Of a stretch of DNA of 64,000 bases, positions 62,325 through 64,000 are shown in pieces. The notes under the pieces were generated by a model. It did no database searches. It was not told where the DNA came from and saw nothing but the letters and a program-made list of their open reading frames with translations. A program made the translations under genes and the position numbers. This stretch comes from Gigantopelta aegis. Its lineage: Eukaryota. Within the stretch, counting starts at the first letter, position 1, and the number at the start of each line of letters is the position of its first letter. The stretch lies in contig NC_054701.1 of the NCBI RefSeq assembly GCF_016097555.1, positions 67,224,366 through 67,288,365 on the forward strand, in the 5' to 3' direction.

Positions 62325-62700
62325 AAAAAACCAACCATAACACAAATACAAAGCCGGTAAATAAAGACGCCATTTTGCAAATGGCGTCCGACACGACAAC
62401 CGGCGATATAACAACATTTCATGTAATTAACACTTGGCAAGTCAAGCGAAATACGCGAAAGACATATGAAAGCTAACGAAAGCTAACGAAAATTAAGGTG
62501 AAAAACATTTCACCCAAACACAAAGCCAGTCAACACAGACGCCATTTTGCAAATGGCGTCCGACACGACAACCGGCAATATAAACAACATTTCATGTAAT
62601 TAAACGCTTGGAAGTCAAGTGAAATACGCGAAAAGAACATACGAAAGCTAATGAAAACGAAGGTGAAAAACATTTCACCCAAACACTAATACAAAACCAA
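62325..62700. repeat. Tandem duplication of about 190 bp, 2 copies, inside the DIRS-like element. Each copy has a 10-bp inverted repeat hairpin, gacgccattt-tgc-aaatggcgtc
   Basis: Palindromes at 62366-62388 and 62538-62560. The surrounding ..ccggtaaataaagacgccattttgcaaatggcgtccgacacgacaaccggcgatataacaacatttcatgtaatta.. is duplicated. Confidence 0.85.
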
Positions 62701-63029
62701 AGGTCTTATAAAAGTTGACTCCAAACAGAGCCAAGCAAAAGGACGTCCAGACCCTTTAGCGAAGAGAAAAAGAAGGAAGTTACAGTCATGTGACCGGAAC
62801 TAGAGAGCAGTATGCAGTAGAAGAATTTAGGCCATCCCATTGGCTGTTGGGATGTTCGGACCAGACCACTTGCATGGGGGGGAGGTGCACTTGTTTGAGG
62901 ACAGGTAATGTCTATAGAAATTTTGTTTGTGTACCAGTGATTGCAAGGCCTACAAGGCCCAACAAATTTTTGCATCTCCTAAGACAGTTATGTCCCTTGA
63001 ATAAATTGCTATGCCAGTCAAACTTGGTG

Positions 63030-63300
63030 GCCGGTGGCGCAGTGGTTAAGCTATCGGGCATAACGCTGTTAGGTACAGTGTTCGCAGCCCAGCACCGGCT
63101 CCACCCAGAGTGAGTTTTAACGACTCAATGGGTAGGTGTAAGACCACTACACCCTCTCATCTCTCACTAATCACTAACAATTGACAACTAACCCACTGGC
63201 CTGGACAGACAGCCCAGATAGCTGAGATGTGTGCCCAGGACAGCATGCTTGAACCTTAATTGGATATAAGCGTGGAAATAAGTTGAAATAAAAATGAAAT
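63030..63300 (+). repeat. tRNA-derived SINE, family C, full length
   Basis: Head ggtggccggtggcgcagtggttaagc..gttcgcagccc. Tail ..cttgaaccttaattggatataagcgtggaaataagttgaaataaaaatgaaatga. Confidence 0.65.
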
Positions 63301-63559
63301 GATCAGACCATAGCTCTGGGTGAATCCCCATGAAAATCAAATGTGGTCTGTAACAGTAAAGCTATAAACAATAAAGCTAAACACAAAATTTCAGCTCAGT
63401 ATCTTGAGGCATTGCGGAAACAACAGTCTGGAAAACTAAGTGGGACAGACAGACAGACAGACAGACAGACAGAAGGACGGAGACAAAACCTCTAGTCCCT
63501 CCGGTTGGGCCGGTAGGGACTGATGAGAACCAAAAGAGTGTGACTGATAAGGATACCAG

Positions 63560-63905
63560 TAAGTGTGTCATTGCTTCACTGCATTAAGTGTGTCGTTGCT
63601 TCACTACAGTAAGTGTGTCGTTGCTTCACTACAGTAAGTGTGTCGTTGCCTCACTGCAGTAAGTGTGTCGTTGCTTCACTGCAGTAAGTGTGTCGTTGCC
63701 TCACTGTAGTAAGTGTGTCGTTGCCTCACTGCAGTAAGTGTGTCGTTGCCTCACTGTAGTAAGTGTGTCGTTGCCTCACTGCAGTAAGTATGTCGTTGCC
63801 TCACTGCAGTGTGTCATTGTCTCATTGCAGTAAGTGTGTCATTGCTTTGCTGCAATAAGTGTGTCATTGCCTCACTGTATTAAGTGTGTCGTTGCTTCAC
63901 TGCTG
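63560..63905. repeat. Tandem repeat: about 11 copies of a 31-bp unit, gtaagtgtgtcgttgc(c/t)tcact(g/a)cag
   Basis: Read directly. Preceded by (CAGA)n at 63436-63470. Confidence 0.9.
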
Positions 63906-63912
63906 GCAGTGT

Positions 63913-64000
63913 CTACGAGCGGAATGTGTGGACAGCGCGCACCACATACTGCCGACACACCGGACACTCGGCGAGACGCTTGCCGCACTTGGTGCACGTC
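63913..64000 (-). CDS. Partial terminal exon. It encodes a RING-finger C-terminus, ..TCTKCGKRLAECPVCRQYVVRAVHTFRS*, and the gene continues past the window end
   Basis: GC-rich tail of the window. The reverse-complement frame shows C..C..(11)..CP.CR then a stop whose plus form is cta at 63913-15. This pattern is typical of the end of IAP, MIB or LRSAM-type RING domains. Confidence 0.4.
   Translation of the reverse strand, partial: TCTKCGKRLAECPVCRQYVVRAVHTFRS

Larger units (their letters stand above)
57352..62912 (-). mobile_element. DIRS-like tyrosine-recombinase retroelement of about 5.6 kb, degraded. It is bounded by approximately 150-bp terminal direct repeats
   Basis: The repeats are at 57352-57505 and 62763-62912 (agaaggaagttacagtcatgtgaccggaactagagagc..ttgaggacaggtaatgt). 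Minus-strand ORFs follow the order gag-like, reverse transcriptase, RNase H-like, then tyrosine recombinase. Confidence 0.65.

Overview
This is an AT-rich eukaryotic window, most likely from an invertebrate such as a mollusc; that taxon is my inference from the repeat families and gene content. It is not a prokaryotic locus: there are no operons and no CRISPR array. The main feature is a complete major vault protein (MVP) gene on the + strand. It has 13 coding exons between 26524 and 43898 and encodes 862 aa. Its exons align along their whole length with vertebrate MVP as I remember it. The introns carry tRNA-derived SINE copies, minisatellites and tandem duplications of exon-intron junctions. 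Around the gene the window is dominated by mobile-element debris:
- a Tc1/mariner element at 6875-8438 whose transposase is frameshifted
- a second Tc1 transposase remnant at 17735-18275
- a degraded L1/Tx1-like LINE at 10424-14220
- a DIRS-like retroelement with a tyrosine recombinase at 57352-62912 on the minus strand
- three tRNA-derived SINE families present in many copies
- MITE-like elements with terminal inverted repeats
- a ~2.8 kb element bounded by terminal inverted repeats at 22213-25007 that contains a GC-rich ORF of foreign-looking composition
- a 98-bp satellite array of about 18 copies, and many microsatellites and G or C homopolymers.
Lower-confidence gene fragments are the last three exons of an unknown lysine-rich protein at 47-1335 on the + strand, candidate minus-strand exons of an unknown gene between 5334 and 15132, and a partial C-terminal RING-finger exon at 63913-64000 on the minus strand. 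All homology statements rest on my memory of protein families; no database search was run.
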